Counted from the stretch's first letter, positions 39,953 to 55,422 are shown. The stretch is DNA of 64,000 nucleotides from an uncultured Verrucomicrobiae bacterium (GCA_963769025.1 CAVYKI010000009.1:1152001-1216000); one strand, 5' to 3'. Program-made: numbers and translations. Notes: a model not told the origin generated them from the letters alone.

Positions 39953-40687
39953 ATGAGACTTAACAGGAATGCTCCCGTGAAATACGCGATCCTCTGCACG
40001 CAGCGCTGCGGCAGCATTTACTTGGGCAGTGTGTTGAGAAACGCGGGCCTTGGAGTCTCCGGCGAATACTTCTATCCGGAAAGTCTGCAGGAACGCATCG
40101 CGACATGGTGGCTCGATGAAGCGTTCCGACCTCAGCCCGACGCATCGCCGAAGCAATTTCTCGACGCCGTCATCCGAGCGCAGGGAGACGTCGCCGGCAT
40201 CAAGCTCAACTGGCTTTCGCTCCTGATCTTCATGCGCGACATGGGCTGCAGGCCGGAGGACCTGGGATTCCGAATCATCTACCTCACCCGGCGGGACAAA
40301 TTGCGCCAGGCCATCAGTTGGTACCGGGCGGTCGCCACGGGAGAGTGGGCTCAAAGCGGGCAGCAACCCGCCACAGCTCCACCCTTTGACTGGACGAAAA
40401 TCAACTTCTGGCTCCAGAACATCACCCTCGACGAAGTCCGCTGGGAAAACTCCCTGAGCAGCGTCGAGAGCCCGGTTCTCCGGCTCGTCTACGAGGAGGT
40501 TTCGGACGCCACGGTCGCGGAGGTCGGCGCATTCCTCGGCAGGGAGGTGCCACCCCAAAAGCGGGAATCCTATTTGAAGGTTCAGCGTGACGAAACCACC
40601 GATCACTGGGTGGAGCAGTTCCTGAAGACGGTGGAGGCTCCGATTCTTGGATCGGACGAGATAAAGCGGGAGCTCGCCTCGCGGTGA
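39953..40687 (+). CDS. Stf0/NodH-like sulfotransferase
   Basis: ILCTQRCGSIYL (5'-PSB-like), GEYF, GIKL.W, LTRRDKLRQAISWYRA..TGEW, LVYEE. Confidence 0.82.
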   Translation: MRLNRNAPVKYAILCTQRCGSIYLGSVLRNAGLGVSGEYFYPESLQERIATWWLDEAFRPQPDASPKQFLDAVIRAQGDVAGIKLNWLSLLIFMRDMGCRPEDLGFRIIYLTRRDKLRQAISWYRAVATGEWAQSGQQPATAPPFDWTKINFWLQNITLDEVRWENSLSSVESPVLRLVYEEVSDATVAEVGAFLGREVPPQKRESYLKVQRDETTDHWVEQFLKTVEAPILGSDEIKRELASR

Positions 40688-40759
40688 ACGCGGGAGCCAC
40701 CTCGTAACGGGCTCGTGGTATCCGATGTGAGCGCCGTGCGACCGATGGATTGCTGAAGG

Positions 40760-41455
40760 ATGGAAATTCCCAGCGCGTTGCGTATGATCCGACGCATGCA
40801 GCCACTCAAAGACGAGCACTTCGTGAGCTGGGAGCAGTCGCCGGAGCAGATGGATGCGCTCTGGGCGAAAGGCTGGCGTCACTTTGGTCCGATTTTTTAC
40901 CGCTACCGCCAGTGCCTCACGCCGGCCGGGCTTCGCAATGTGCAGCCGCTCCGCGTCGATGCGACACGTTTCCAGCCCGGAAAGAGCCAGCGGCGCGTGC
41001 TGCGGAGGAACGAGGACCTCGAAATCCGCGTGCGCACAGCGGAGTTGCTGGATGACCGCCGCGAGCTTTTCGACCTCCACAAGCAGCGTTTCCAGGACAA
41101 CGTGCCGAATTCGCTCGAGGATTTCCTCGGCCCCGCGCCGCACGCCGGCCCGTGCCAGACGCTGGAACTCGGCGCATTCCTCGGCGACCGTCTGCTCGCC
41201 GCGAGCTACCTCGATGTCGGGGCGACCAGCGTGTCCAGCATCTACGCGTTCTTCGACCCCCGCGAATCCGCACGCTCGCTCGGCACCGCCACGCTGATGT
41301 GGGAAATCCTGCTTGCGCGGCAGACCGGCAGGCACTGGCACTATCCCGGCTACGCCTACGTCGAACCCTCCGCCTACGACTACAAAAGGCGGTTCGGCCC
41401 GATGGAACGGTACGACTGGGATTCGTGGGAACCGATCGACGTCCCCTCGGCCTGA
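40760..41455 (+). CDS. ATE/Bpt-family aminoacyl-tRNA-protein transferase
   Basis: GWRHFG..FYR, FQPGKSQRRVLRRNEDL, SSIYAFFDP...RSLGT, YPGY, YKRRF.P.E. Confidence 0.88.
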   Translation: MEIPSALRMIRRMQPLKDEHFVSWEQSPEQMDALWAKGWRHFGPIFYRYRQCLTPAGLRNVQPLRVDATRFQPGKSQRRVLRRNEDLEIRVRTAELLDDRRELFDLHKQRFQDNVPNSLEDFLGPAPHAGPCQTLELGAFLGDRLLAASYLDVGATSVSSIYAFFDPRESARSLGTATLMWEILLARQTGRHWHYPGYAYVEPSAYDYKRRFGPMERYDWDSWEPIDVPSA

Positions 41456-41597
41456 GGACGCGCCGCCAAGCAGCCGCGACCGCAGCCGGAACCGCGCATT
41501 CCGCCCGGCGCAGACGCCTCGCCCGGTTCCGTCCTCCACCAAAAAAGATCGGAATCGCTGAAAGATCGGTCCCGCAGTGGCCGTTCTCTCTGCAAGT

Positions 41598-44500
41598 ATG
41601 CAACACTCCGTCTTTCTCCGTCCGTTCGCCTTCATCGGCCGCGCCGTTTCGCGCCTCCTCTCGCTCTTCTTCGGTTCGCTGAAACTGGCATGGACTCCCC
41701 CGCCTTGGTTGCTCGCCGCCGGGCGCGGCTTTGCACGGCACTCCCGTGTCGCCGTGCTGCTGCTCATCGTCGTCGTTGCCGCCGCATACGGGATGTGGCG
41801 CACCACCTTGGAGCGCCATGCAGGCAAGCCGCGCACGAGCCTCACCGCAGCCGCCCTCGACACTCAGCCCGCGCCTGCTGCGAAGCCCGCATCCCAGCCC
41901 ACAGTCCCCGCCCCAAAGGCAGACGCCGACGTCCGCGATACTTCCAAGCCCCCCATCCGCAGCGTGACCGCACACGTGCGCTGGCAGCAGGTCGGCTGGA
42001 ATGAACAGCAGAAGAAGGGCGTGGGGCCTGCGCTCGTCATCCAGTTCGACTCGCCCGCCGCACCCATCGCGCTGATCGGGAAAGCGGCTGCACCCGACAC
42101 GGCGCAAGATCGCGCCCGAAGTCCCCGGCACGTGGAGATGGCTCAACGCGCAGCAACTCGCATTCGACGCGCAGACCGGCTGGATGCCGCCGCGCGATTA
42201 CGACTTCAAGCTCGGCGAGGCCGGCTTCGCAACGGACTGCACGGTCACCTTGAAAAAGGAGAACCGCTTTTCCTGGCAGTCGCCGAAGCTCACCGCCTCG
42301 TTCGGCGAGAAGTCCTTCTACGTGGACCCCGCCACGCCCTCACTGCAGCAGACCGTCGCGACGGTCACCTTCAGCCAGCCCGTGTCGCGCGACGAAGTCC
42401 TCCGCTGCCTCACCGTCGTGAACGTCAGCGAAACGCCCCTCTTCATGCCCGGCGGAAAGCCGCAGGTGATCGCGGATGAAAAGAATCCCATGCGGTTTTT
42501 CCTCCGCTCGCCGCTCATCAAACCGGGTGAAAAGGAAGACCTTGTGCGCTTCCAGATCGCACCCGGACTGCTCGCGCTCTCGGGCGGCGATCCGATGGAA
42601 AAGGAGGCGGTGACGAAAATCGCCAGCCCGTCGCGCTACTCCGGATTCGTGTTCAACAGCGCGAAGGCGCAACTCGTGCAAGGCGACGAGGACGAGCCGC
42701 GGCAGTTTGTCTTCCTTGAAAGCAGCATCGCCGCGAATGGCGCGACCGTCGCGAAGTCCACAAAAGCGTGGCAACTCCCCCCGCCGCCAAAGGACAAGGA
42801 TGGCGAGGAAGTGCCGTGGACGCCGGAAACCGTGACGCCTGAAGTGCTGGCGAAAGCGAAGGTCGTGCCGATGGAATTCATGCCCGGCGAAGACGCACCG
42901 CCAATCGCGAACGTGTTCGGTTTCCGTCTCGCGCCGCGGGTGCCGTCGAGGCTTTTCGTGCGCGTGGCAAAGGATACGCCCGCGCCTGGCGGCTTCGCGC
43001 TGCACGAGGATTTCGACGCCATCGTGGACGTCCCGATGTTCCCGCGCGAGGCGCGCGTGCTCGGGAACGGCGGCATCCTCGCGCTCGGCGGCGAACGCAA
43101 GCTGAACATCAAATCACGCGGCTACGAACACCTGCGCTACACGCTCGCCCGCGTGCCTGCGGGGCAGATTCATCACCTCGTCTCGCAGACGAACGGCAGC
43201 TTCGAGTCGCCCGGTTTTCCCGGCAAAATCGGCTTCGACAATCTCGCGAATTTCCACTCCTCGGTGCAGACGCTCGTGAAGAAAGAACGACCACGAGGTG
43301 AACTACTCGGCGTTCGATTTCGCGCCCTCGCTCCTCCGCATCGAGCCGGGCGGCGAAGATGCGCAGCGCGGGCTTTTCCATCTCGCCGTCGAAGGAGTCC
43401 GCCGCCGCACGCCCGACGACGCAAAGCCGGGCGACAACGATCCCGACCCCGAGTGGATCGCGTTGGGCGATGCGAACAACGCCGAGCGGCGGAACTCCCG
43501 CCGTCATCGCGGTGACGACGAGGAGGAAAATGATGCCGCCGACAATGGCGGCTCCGGCGACTCGCGCTTCGTGCTCATCACCGACCTCGGCCTCATCGTG
43601 AAGCGCAACGCCGACGGCACGCGCGATGTCTTCGTGCAGTCATTCAAGGACCGCGTGCCCGTCGCAGGCGTGCATCTCGCCGCGCTCGGGAAAAACGGCA
43701 GCACGCTCGCCGAAGGCGACACCGATGCCCAGGGCCGCGTGTCGCTGCCCGGCGCTCGATGGCCTGATGCGCGAGAAAAAGCCCGTCGCCCTCGTCGCGC
43801 GCAAAGGCGCGGACCTGGCCTTCATCCCGTGGGCGCGCGAGGACCGCGCGGTCGAGCTGTCGCGCTTCGACATCGGCGGCGTGAGCCGAAGCGACGTCAG
43901 CGCGCTCGACGCGTTCCTTTTCACCGAACGCGGCATCTACCGCCCGGGTGATTCGATCCAGCTCGGCGCGATCGTCCGCCGCCGCGACTGGACCGGATCG
44001 CTCGCGGGCCTGCCCGTCGAGGTCGCGCTCATCAATGCGAAGGAGGAAGCCGCCGGCGTCTTCCCGACAAAGCTCAACGCGGATGGATTCATCGAACTCA
44101 CGCTCCCCACGAGCGAGACCGCACCGACCGGCGTGTGGCGCATCGAGCTTCGCCGCCCCGACGACGGCAAAAAGAAGAAGCGCACGGACGACGAGGAACG
44201 AAGCCGACGAAAGGCACCTCGGCCACATGCTCGTGCGCGTGGAGGAGTTCCAGCCCGACCGGCTCAAGCTCGCCGCGAAGGTTGAACCCGCCGCGCAAGC
44301 CGCGTGGCTCCCGCCGGAAAATCTCACGGCAAATGTCGAGTTGCAGACGCTCTTCGGCATCGCCGCCGCCGACCGCCGCGTGACGGCGAAGCTGCGCATC
44401 GCGCCCGGCTCGCCGCAGTTTCGAGCAGTGGCCCGGCTGGAGCTTCGGATTGCCAAAGCATGAACGCTTCGAGCCTCGCGAAATCGATCTTGGCGAGACG

Positions 44501-47500
44501 AAGACCGACGCGGAAGGCCGCGCGAAGTTTGCACTCGCCCTGGAAGCCTACGCCGCGCCTCTGCTGCGCGTGTCGGTCGAACTGGAGGCCTTCGAGGCCG
44601 ATGGCGGACGCGGTGTCCGCGGCGCGCTCGGCACGCTCGTCTCGCGCCAGCCGTACCTCCTCGGCTGGAAGACCTCGGACGATATCGCATTCATCCCGCG
44701 CGACGTTCCGCGCGCCTTTGAAATCGTCGCCATCGGCCCCGATGCAAAGCCCGTCGCCGCGCCGGGACTGAAGCGCGTGCTCGTCGAGACGCGCCACACT
44801 TCCGTGCTCACCAAGCAGGACAACGGCACGCTCGCCTACGTCTCGCGCGAGCAGGACAAGGAACTCGAGACCGCCGACGGCTCGCTGCCCGTCGGCGCGA
44901 TGAAGGTGTCAGTTGCCCGTGAACCGCGCAGGCCGCTTCCGCTACGAGTGGCGCGATGCCGCCGGTGCGACGCTGATCATCGTTCCGTTCACGGTCGTCG
45001 GCCCCGGCGAAGCCAGCCGCAATCTCGAACGCGACTCCGAACTCGAAATCACGCTGCCGGACAAAGTGTGGAAGCCGGGCGAACAACTCGAAGTCTCACT
45101 CCGCGCGCCATACGCCGGCGCGGGACTCATCACCATCGAGCGCGAGCGCGTGCTCTCCGCGCAGTGGTTCAAGGCCGACACCGCATCCAGCGTGCAGCAC
45201 ATCACCGTGCCCGAAGGCATCGAGGGCGGCGCGTATGTGAGCGTGGCATTTGTGCGCGCGCTCGACTCGCCCGAGATTTTCACCAGCCCGCTCAGCACCG
45301 GCGTCGCGCCGTTCAAGGTGACGCTGGAACGCCGCCAGCTCACGGTGAAGCTCGACGCGCCCGAGCGCGCAAAGCCCGGCGAGCGCGTGCGCATCGGATT
45401 CACCACGCCGCGCCCGTCGCGCATCGTCGTGTGGGCGGTGGACGAAGGCATCCACCGCGTGACGAGCTACCGCGCGCCGCAGCCGCTCTCGCAGCTCATC
45501 CGCAAGCCATCGCTCGAAGTCGGCACCTGGCAGCTCCTCGATTTGCTGCTGCCGGAGTATTCGCTGCTGAAAAGCGCGAAGGCATTTGGCGGCGACGGCG
45601 ACGAACCGCCGGAACTGAAACTCGGCCTGAATCCGTTCAAGCGCCGCCGCGTCGCGCCGGTCGTGTACTGGAGCGGCATCATCGAGAGCGGCCCGGAGCG
45701 CCGCGAAGTCTTCTACGACGTGCCGGATTACTTCGCCGGCCGGCTCAACATCATGGCCGCCGCCGTCGCACCGGATGCCGTCGGCATCGCGGAAAAGCAC
45801 ACCGTCGTGAAAGGCCCGTTCGTCCTCACGCCGAACGCGCCGTTCTTCGTGGCGCCGGGCGACGAGTTCAACGCGTCGCTCACCGTCGCGAACCAGCTCG
45901 AAGGCGACGCCATCACGGATCATGTCGCCATCGCAGCGGAGCCAATCGGCGGACTTGAAATCATCGAGTCGCCGCAATCGCCGATCACGATCGCCGTCGG
46001 CAAAGAAGTGACCGTGCGCTTCCGCGTCCGCGTGAAGGACGCGCTTGGAAATGCGGAGCTGAAATTCTCCGCGAGCGCCGGCAAGGAACGCACCGAGCAG
46101 CGCGCGACCATGAGCGTGCGCCCCGGCGTGCCGCGCGCGGCCATCGTGCAGAGCGGATGGTTCCGCAAGGACACGCACGATGTCCCGATGCAGCGCCAGT
46201 TCTTCGCCGAATTTGCAAAGCGGGAAGCAGTCGTCTCCACGACGCCGCTCGGCCTCGCACGCGGGCTCGCCGCCTATCTCCGCGAGTATCCGCACGGCTG
46301 CAGCGAGCAGATCACCAGCCGCGCATTCCCGTGGCTCGTGCTGCGCGACGATGCGGACTTTGGCATGGACAAGTCGGAGGCGGAGAAAGACGGTGCGCGA
46401 GACGATCTCCCTGCTCGCCCGGAGGCAGCACGGCGACGGCGGCTTCGGCTACTGGTCATCGTCGAACAGCGCAGGACGGCTTCGACTACCTGAGCGTGTA
46501 TGTGACCTTCTTCCTCACGGAAGCGAAGGCCAGCGGCTTCACCGTGCCTGGGCCGATGCTCGACGCCGCGCTGCGCCGCGTGCGGCTGATGGCGGACGCG
46601 AAGCTCTCCGACCCGTGGCGCGACGATCGCGGAGTGATGCACTACGAGCGGACGCGCGGCGAAGCGAACATCCAGGCCGCCGCGATCTACCTGCTCACGC
46701 GCAACGAGGAGGTGACGACGAACTACGCGCTGAAGATGCGCGACTTTCTCGAAAAGAAAGTGCCCGCCGAACTGTGGCAGCGCGACCCGGCCGCCGCATG
46801 GCTCGCCGCGACGTGGCGGATGCTGAAAAAGGACGACGAGGCGAAGAAGCTGATCGCCATCCACCGCAAGGCGCGCGCAGGCGCACCGCGGAATTGGGAC
46901 CGGAGCTAGTACTACGAGTCGGACCTCACGCGCGAGGCAATGACGTTCACCGTGCTGTGCCGTCACTTCCCGGAAATCGCGGGCGTCTTCGGCTACGATG
47001 ATCTGCGGCCCATCACGGAGCCAATCGAGAACGGGCGACTTCCACACGCTCTCCGCCGCATGGAGCGTGCTCGCGCTGAAATCCTACGCCGCCCTCGCGA
47101 AGGACAGCGGCGTGAAGGCAGGCATCGCGGAGGTCACCGGCACCGGTGCGACAAGACGCTCGTCGAACCGCGCGCGGGAATCGCGACCGCGAAAGCTCAC
47201 CAGCGGAGGCGGCAGTCGCGCGCTTCCTCCTCACGCGTCCGGACGGCGCGGCAAAGATCGGTGCCTGGTATCAGGCCATCGAGACGGGCTTCGACCGCAC
47301 GCTGCCCGCGGCCGCGGACGCACACGGCATCGAGGTCTTCCGCGAAATCCTCGATGAACAGGGCGACGTCGCCACGATGGCGAAGATCGGCGAGACGCTG
47401 ATCGTGCGCCTGCGCGTCCGAAACGTCAGCACGACCGCACAGCCGCACATCGCGCTGAGCGAACTGCTGCCCGGCGCATTCGATTTCGCCCCGCAAGGCG

Positions 47501-47745
47501 AGGAGCACGCGCTGAAGCCCGGCCTCGGCACTCTGCCCGGCGCGGAATACGTGGACGTGCGCGAAGACCGCGCGTTGATCTTCTGCGACCTCGCGCACGG
47601 GGAGACGAAGACGTTCGAGTATTCCGTGCGCCCGACGTGCGCCGGCGCATTCATCATCCCGCCCGCGTACGCCGAGAGCATGTATGACCGCGCGGTGAAT
47701 TCGCGCGGCGTCGCCGGGAAATTCACCGTGTTGCCGCGCGAATGA
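41598..47745 (+). CDS. Bacterial alpha-2-macroglobulin (YfhM-like); many apparent frameshifts and one in-frame stop
   Basis: LITDLGLIVKRN, FTERGIYRPGD, VEEFQPDR, WAVDEGI, FGGDG, YPHGCSEQ thioester motif (46299-46310), DVREDR, PPAYAESMYD; abuts pbpC. Confidence 0.93.
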
Positions 47746-49972
47746 AAATGATGCGCCGCTGGCTCAAACGATGCGCGTGGGGCTCTGGCTTCCTCGCCGT
47801 CGCCCTGTGGATCGCGTGGCTGCTGCTGCCGAAGCCGGAGCTGCTGCCGCAGGGCGCGGAGTTCTCGCGCGTGGTGCTGGATCGCGACGGGCGCGTGCTC
47901 TTCGTCACGCTCACGCAGCGACGGGAAATATCGGCTGCCCGCGAAGCTCGTCCGAACTTTCCCCGGAGATGCTCGCGGCGACGCTCGAGATGGAGGACCG
48001 GCGGTTCTTTTCCCACCACGGCGCGGATCTGCGCTCGCTCGTCCGCTCGGCTGTGGGGCGTGGTGTCGCGGCAACGGCTCGGCGGCGGTTCGACGCTCAC
48101 CATGCAATACGCGCGGCTGCGCTGGCATCTCGACACACGCTCGGTGTGGGGAAAGCTCACGCAGGTTTTCCGCGCGGTGCAGCTTGAGCGGCACTACGGC
48201 AAGACGGAACTGGCCGAGGCGTATTTCACCTTCGCGCCGTATGGCGGAAATGTCGAAGGCGTCCCCGCCGCGAGCCTGCTGTGGTGCGGGAAGCCGGCGC
48301 GCGACCTTTCGCTGCGCGAAGCGGCGGCTCTCAGCGTGCTGCCGCAAAGCCCCACGGCGCGTCGTCCGCGCGCTGGCAGAAATCCCGCGCTCGCAACGGC
48401 GCAAGGGCGGCTGATGGCCCGACTGCGCGCGGCGCGCGGTGAACCGGCGAGCGAACTGGACTGCCGAGTTTTCACTGCGCCCCGCGCCGGTGCCGCGTCT
48501 TGCGCCGCACTACGCGCGGCGGATTCTGAACGAGCATCCGGAAGCCGCGATCGCGCCGACCCGCCTCGACCTCACACAGCAGGAGACGATGGAACGCAGC
48601 ATCGCGGACTTTCTCTCCCGGGAGCGAAGCAAGGGACTGCGTAATGCCGCGGCCATTCTTGTTCATGCGCCGACGCGCGAGGTGCGCGGCTACGTCGGCT
48701 CCGCGGGATTTTTCAACGACGGCATCCAAGGCCAGGTGGATGGCGTGACGGCCCGGCGCTCGCCCGGCTCCGCACTGAAGCCGTTCATCTACGCGCTCGC
48801 GATTCGACGCGGGCCTCATCCAGCCGCGCACGCTGCTCGACGACGCGCCGCGGCGCTTCGCGGGCTACAATCCCGAAAACTCGGATCGCGGATTCCTCGG
48901 CCCGATCCCCGCGGCGGAGGCGCTGCGACGCAGCCGAAATGTGCCCGCGGTCGAGTTGCTCGCGCGTCTGCATGGCGGCGGGCTGGACTCGTTCCTGCGG
49001 AACGCCGGCGTGAAGCTCGCGAAAGCGCCCGGTGAATACGGACTCTCGCTCGCGCTCGGCGGTGCGGAGGTTTCGCTGGAGGAACTGGCCATGCTTTACG
49101 CCGGCCTCGCGTGCGGCGGCCCCGGTTCCGCGCTGTCCCGTTCCGCGTGCTGGCTCACGCTTGATGCGCTGCACGGGAACGAACCGGGCGCGCCGGGCGG
49201 TCTGTCCTGGAAGACCGGCACATCGCACGGCTTTCGCGACGCATGGGCGTGCGGCATCGCGGGCGACTGGGTGCTGTGCGTGTGGATCGGGAACTTCGAC
49301 GGCAGGCCGATGCCGGGACTCTTCGCACGCGACACGGCGGCTCCCCTGCTCTTCCAGACCGTCACGCGGCTCGGGTTGCGCGGGAAATTGCAACCGCGTC
49401 CCGCCGAGATTGCGAACGTGCCGCTCTGCGGCGACTCCGGCTCGCTCGCCGGGCCTCATTGCCCGCACCGCACGCACGGCGATTTCATCGCCGGAGTGTC
49501 GCCGATCGATGCCTGCTCCGTGCATCGCGAGATCCTTCTCGATGAAAGCGGACGCCGCGTGGCTCTCACGGACGGCCGACCGGGCCTGCGCCGCGAGGTC
49601 GCGGAGTTCTGGCCCGCGCAGAGGCTGGAACAGTTCCGCCGCGCGGGTCTGCCCCGCAAGGAACCGCCGCCGCTCGCCCCCGATGTGGCTGCGCGCGAGT
49701 CCGGCACCGCACCGCGCATTGTGTCACCGCAGAACGCGCTGACCTACGTGCTCCGCGCAGGCGACGCTGCAAAGGATTCCATCCCGCTCGAAGCCGATGC
49801 CGCGGCGGAGGCGCGTGAGATTCACTGGTTCGCCGGGGCGCACTATCTCGGCGCGAGCGCGCCATCGCACCCGCTCATGTGGAAGGCTGCGCCAGGTCGC
49901 TGGCAGATTCAGGCCGTGGACGATTCCGGGCGCGTGGCGAGAACGTCCGTCACGATCGTGGCAGCGCAGTGA
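47742..49972 (+). CDS. pbpC: Penicillin-binding protein 1C; several apparent frameshifts
   Basis: EDRRFF.H.G, GGSTLTMQYAR, APYGGNVEG, RSPGSALKPFIY, WKTGTSHGFRDAW, C-terminal BiPBP-like domain. Confidence 0.93.
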
Positions 49973-49974
49973 CA

Positions 49975-50046
49975 GGCAGGGCGCTTTCGCCGAAAGCGTC
50001 CCGATCGTCCCTTGAATGTGGGCGGCCTCGGCGAGGCCGCCCTACC
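49975..50046. repeat. Inverted REP-like doublet between convergent pbpC and carB
   Basis: + strand GGCAGGGCGCTTTCGCCGAAAGCGTCC (49975-50001); - strand GGTAGGGCGGCCTCGCCGAGGCCGCCC (50046-50020). Confidence 0.7.
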
Positions 50047-53392
<3,346 letters not shown>

Positions 53393-53428
53393 GAAATGGA
53401 ACGGGCTGAGCCCGGGAAAAGTCCGCGC

Positions 53429-53457
53429 GGTGTAGCAGGCGTGCCGGGAGTCGGCAA
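53429..53457 (-). promoter_or_regulatory. Putative sigma70-type promoter of carB
   Basis: TTGCCG-17 nt-TACACC on the minus strand. Confidence 0.5.
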
Positions 53458-53539
53458 TGGGACGTTGCGGAAAAACGCGGAAAGAATCCCCTTTTCATTC
53501 CGAGACGAATGCACGGATCGGGCATTGTTTGAAAAACCT

Positions 53540-55292
53540 TCAAAAGGCGTGTGTATGCCGCGCTTGCCGACGGGCGGAGCGGATGGCGGCGGGCTTCAGG
53601 GGCGCGGGGGCGGAGGGAACTCCGCGGAGGCTGAGGGATTCGCGGCCGGCGGTGCGGCGCCAGTCGGCTTGCAGCGCGTCGGCGACGGTCGCGCTATCCG
53701 CGCCATTTTCCACCGTGAGGAAGTCGAAGAGGCCCTGCGCGACGGACTGGAGGGCGATCTGGTGCGTGCGGCGCAGCGTGGCGTGGAGCCAGTCGCTGAA
53801 GCGGAGGAAGGAAGCAAACGCGGAGCGCGAAACGGGGCACGCGGAAAGTTCCGCCGCCTCGCCAGCTCCGCATTCTGAACGCTCCGCTTCACACTTTGCG
53901 ATCGTTTCGTCCTTTCCGCGTTCCGCGTTTCGCGCTCCGCGTTCCCACAGCATCGGCAGCGTGGTGGCGAACTGGCCGCTGTTCGCCACGATGTCCCAGT
54001 AGCGGGCGAAGCGGCGCATGCGCTGCATGTCGGGGAAGGTGATGTCGCGTGTGGCGAGGATTTCGTAGGGCGGATGCGGCGCGTAGCTCATGGCGAATTC
54101 GACGTCGTGCCGGACGATGGGCGTGCCGCGCAGGCGCTTCAGGATGCCGACCTGGATCTCCTGCGGGCCGAGCGCGACGAGCCGGTCGAAGCCGCGGCCA
54201 AAGCTTTCCATCCCCTCGCCGGGCAGGCCGACGATGAGGTCCGCGTGGACATGCACGCCCGTCTCCTCGCGGAGAAAGCGGAGGTTGTCGGCGAGGCGTT
54301 CGAGGTTCTGGCGGCGGCTGATGTTCTTCGAGGTGGCGTCGTCGAACGTCTGGATGCCGACCTCGAACTGCACCGCGCCCGGCGGGAATTTCGCGGATGA
54401 GCGCGCGGAGCTGTTCCGGCAGCCGGTCGGGGATCATCTCGAAGTGCAGGAAGAGCCCGTCGCGCCAGCGGTCGAGGAAGAACTGGAGGATGCCCATGCT
54501 CGTCGGGAGATGGAGATTGAAGGTGCGGTCCACGAACTTGAACTGCGTCGCGCCGCGGTCGAGCAGCCGCTGCATGGCGGCGAGGAAGGCATCGAGCGGA
54601 AACGCGCGCACGGGGACATCGAGCGACGAGAGGCAGAACTCGCAGGTGAACGGGCAGCCGCGGGACGCCTCGACGTAGACGACGCGGTGGGCGAGGTCTT
54701 CGTCGGTGTAAAAATCGTATGGCGAAGCGAGACGGTCGATCGACGGGAGTTCGGCGGGGATGACTTTGGGAAGCGCGGAACGCGGAATGCGGAACGCGGA
54801 AAGAGTGCCTGCGTCGTCCCGCTGGTGCGGTGCGGAAAGTCGATCGTGGAAGTCGGATGGATCGGCGGCCCCGTCGTTTCCGCGTTCCGCGCTCCGCGTT
54901 CCGCGTTCGAGCAATTCGCAGCAGACTTCCGCAAATTTCACATCCGCCTCACCGGTGATTACGTGGTCGGCGAGCGCGACGATTTCCTGCCCGTCCGTCT
55001 CGTAGGAAACCTCCGGGCCACCGACGATGATGATCAGTTCGGGACGGATGCGCTTCAGCAGCGCCACGACCTCGGTGGTCTGATCGACATTCCAGATATA
55101 CACGCCGAAGCCGACGATGCGCGGATCGTGCAAAAGGATCGCCTCGGTGATTTCGAGCGGCGTCTGGTTGATGTGAGACTCCGCGATGCACGCGCGCTCC
55201 CGCAGACCGCCGAGATTCGCCATGAGGTAGCGCAGCCCGAACGAGGCGTGGATGTATTTTGCGTTGAGCGTGGCAAGGACGATGTCCGGCAT
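53540..55292 (-). CDS. B12-binding radical SAM protein (DUF4080-type) with two in-frame palindromic insertions; 1 frameshift near 54390
   Basis: [43 protein letters not shown] (CX3CX2C), [24 protein letters not shown]. Confidence 0.92.
53819..53941. repeat. Intragenic inverted heptamer-array hairpin, copy 2
   Basis: cgcggag cgcgaaa cggggca cgcggaa (53819-53846) ... ttccgcg ttccgcg tttcgcg ctccgcg (53914-53941). Confidence 0.88.
54774..54905. repeat. Intragenic inverted heptamer-array hairpin, copy 1
   Basis: cgcggaa cgcggaa tgcggaa cgcggaa (54774-54801) ... ttccgcg ttccgcg ctccgcg ttccgcg (54878-54905). Confidence 0.92.
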
Positions 55293-55422
55293 GGGCGCGC
55301 ACTGTGGCCGATCCCGCCGCGCACGGCAAACGGCACTTCACCGGCGCAGACGCGGAATCGAACTGCAGTCCGTGCGCGGGAATTGCTGCTGACAGGCCCG
55401 TCCCGCCATGCACGTTACCGCC

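Noticed and set aside
53819..54905. CRISPR array or DGR template/variable repeat interpretation of the repeats
   Set aside because: The units are 7 bp and inverted rather than spaced direct repeats; no cas genes, reverse transcriptase or adenine-specific repeat pair was seen.
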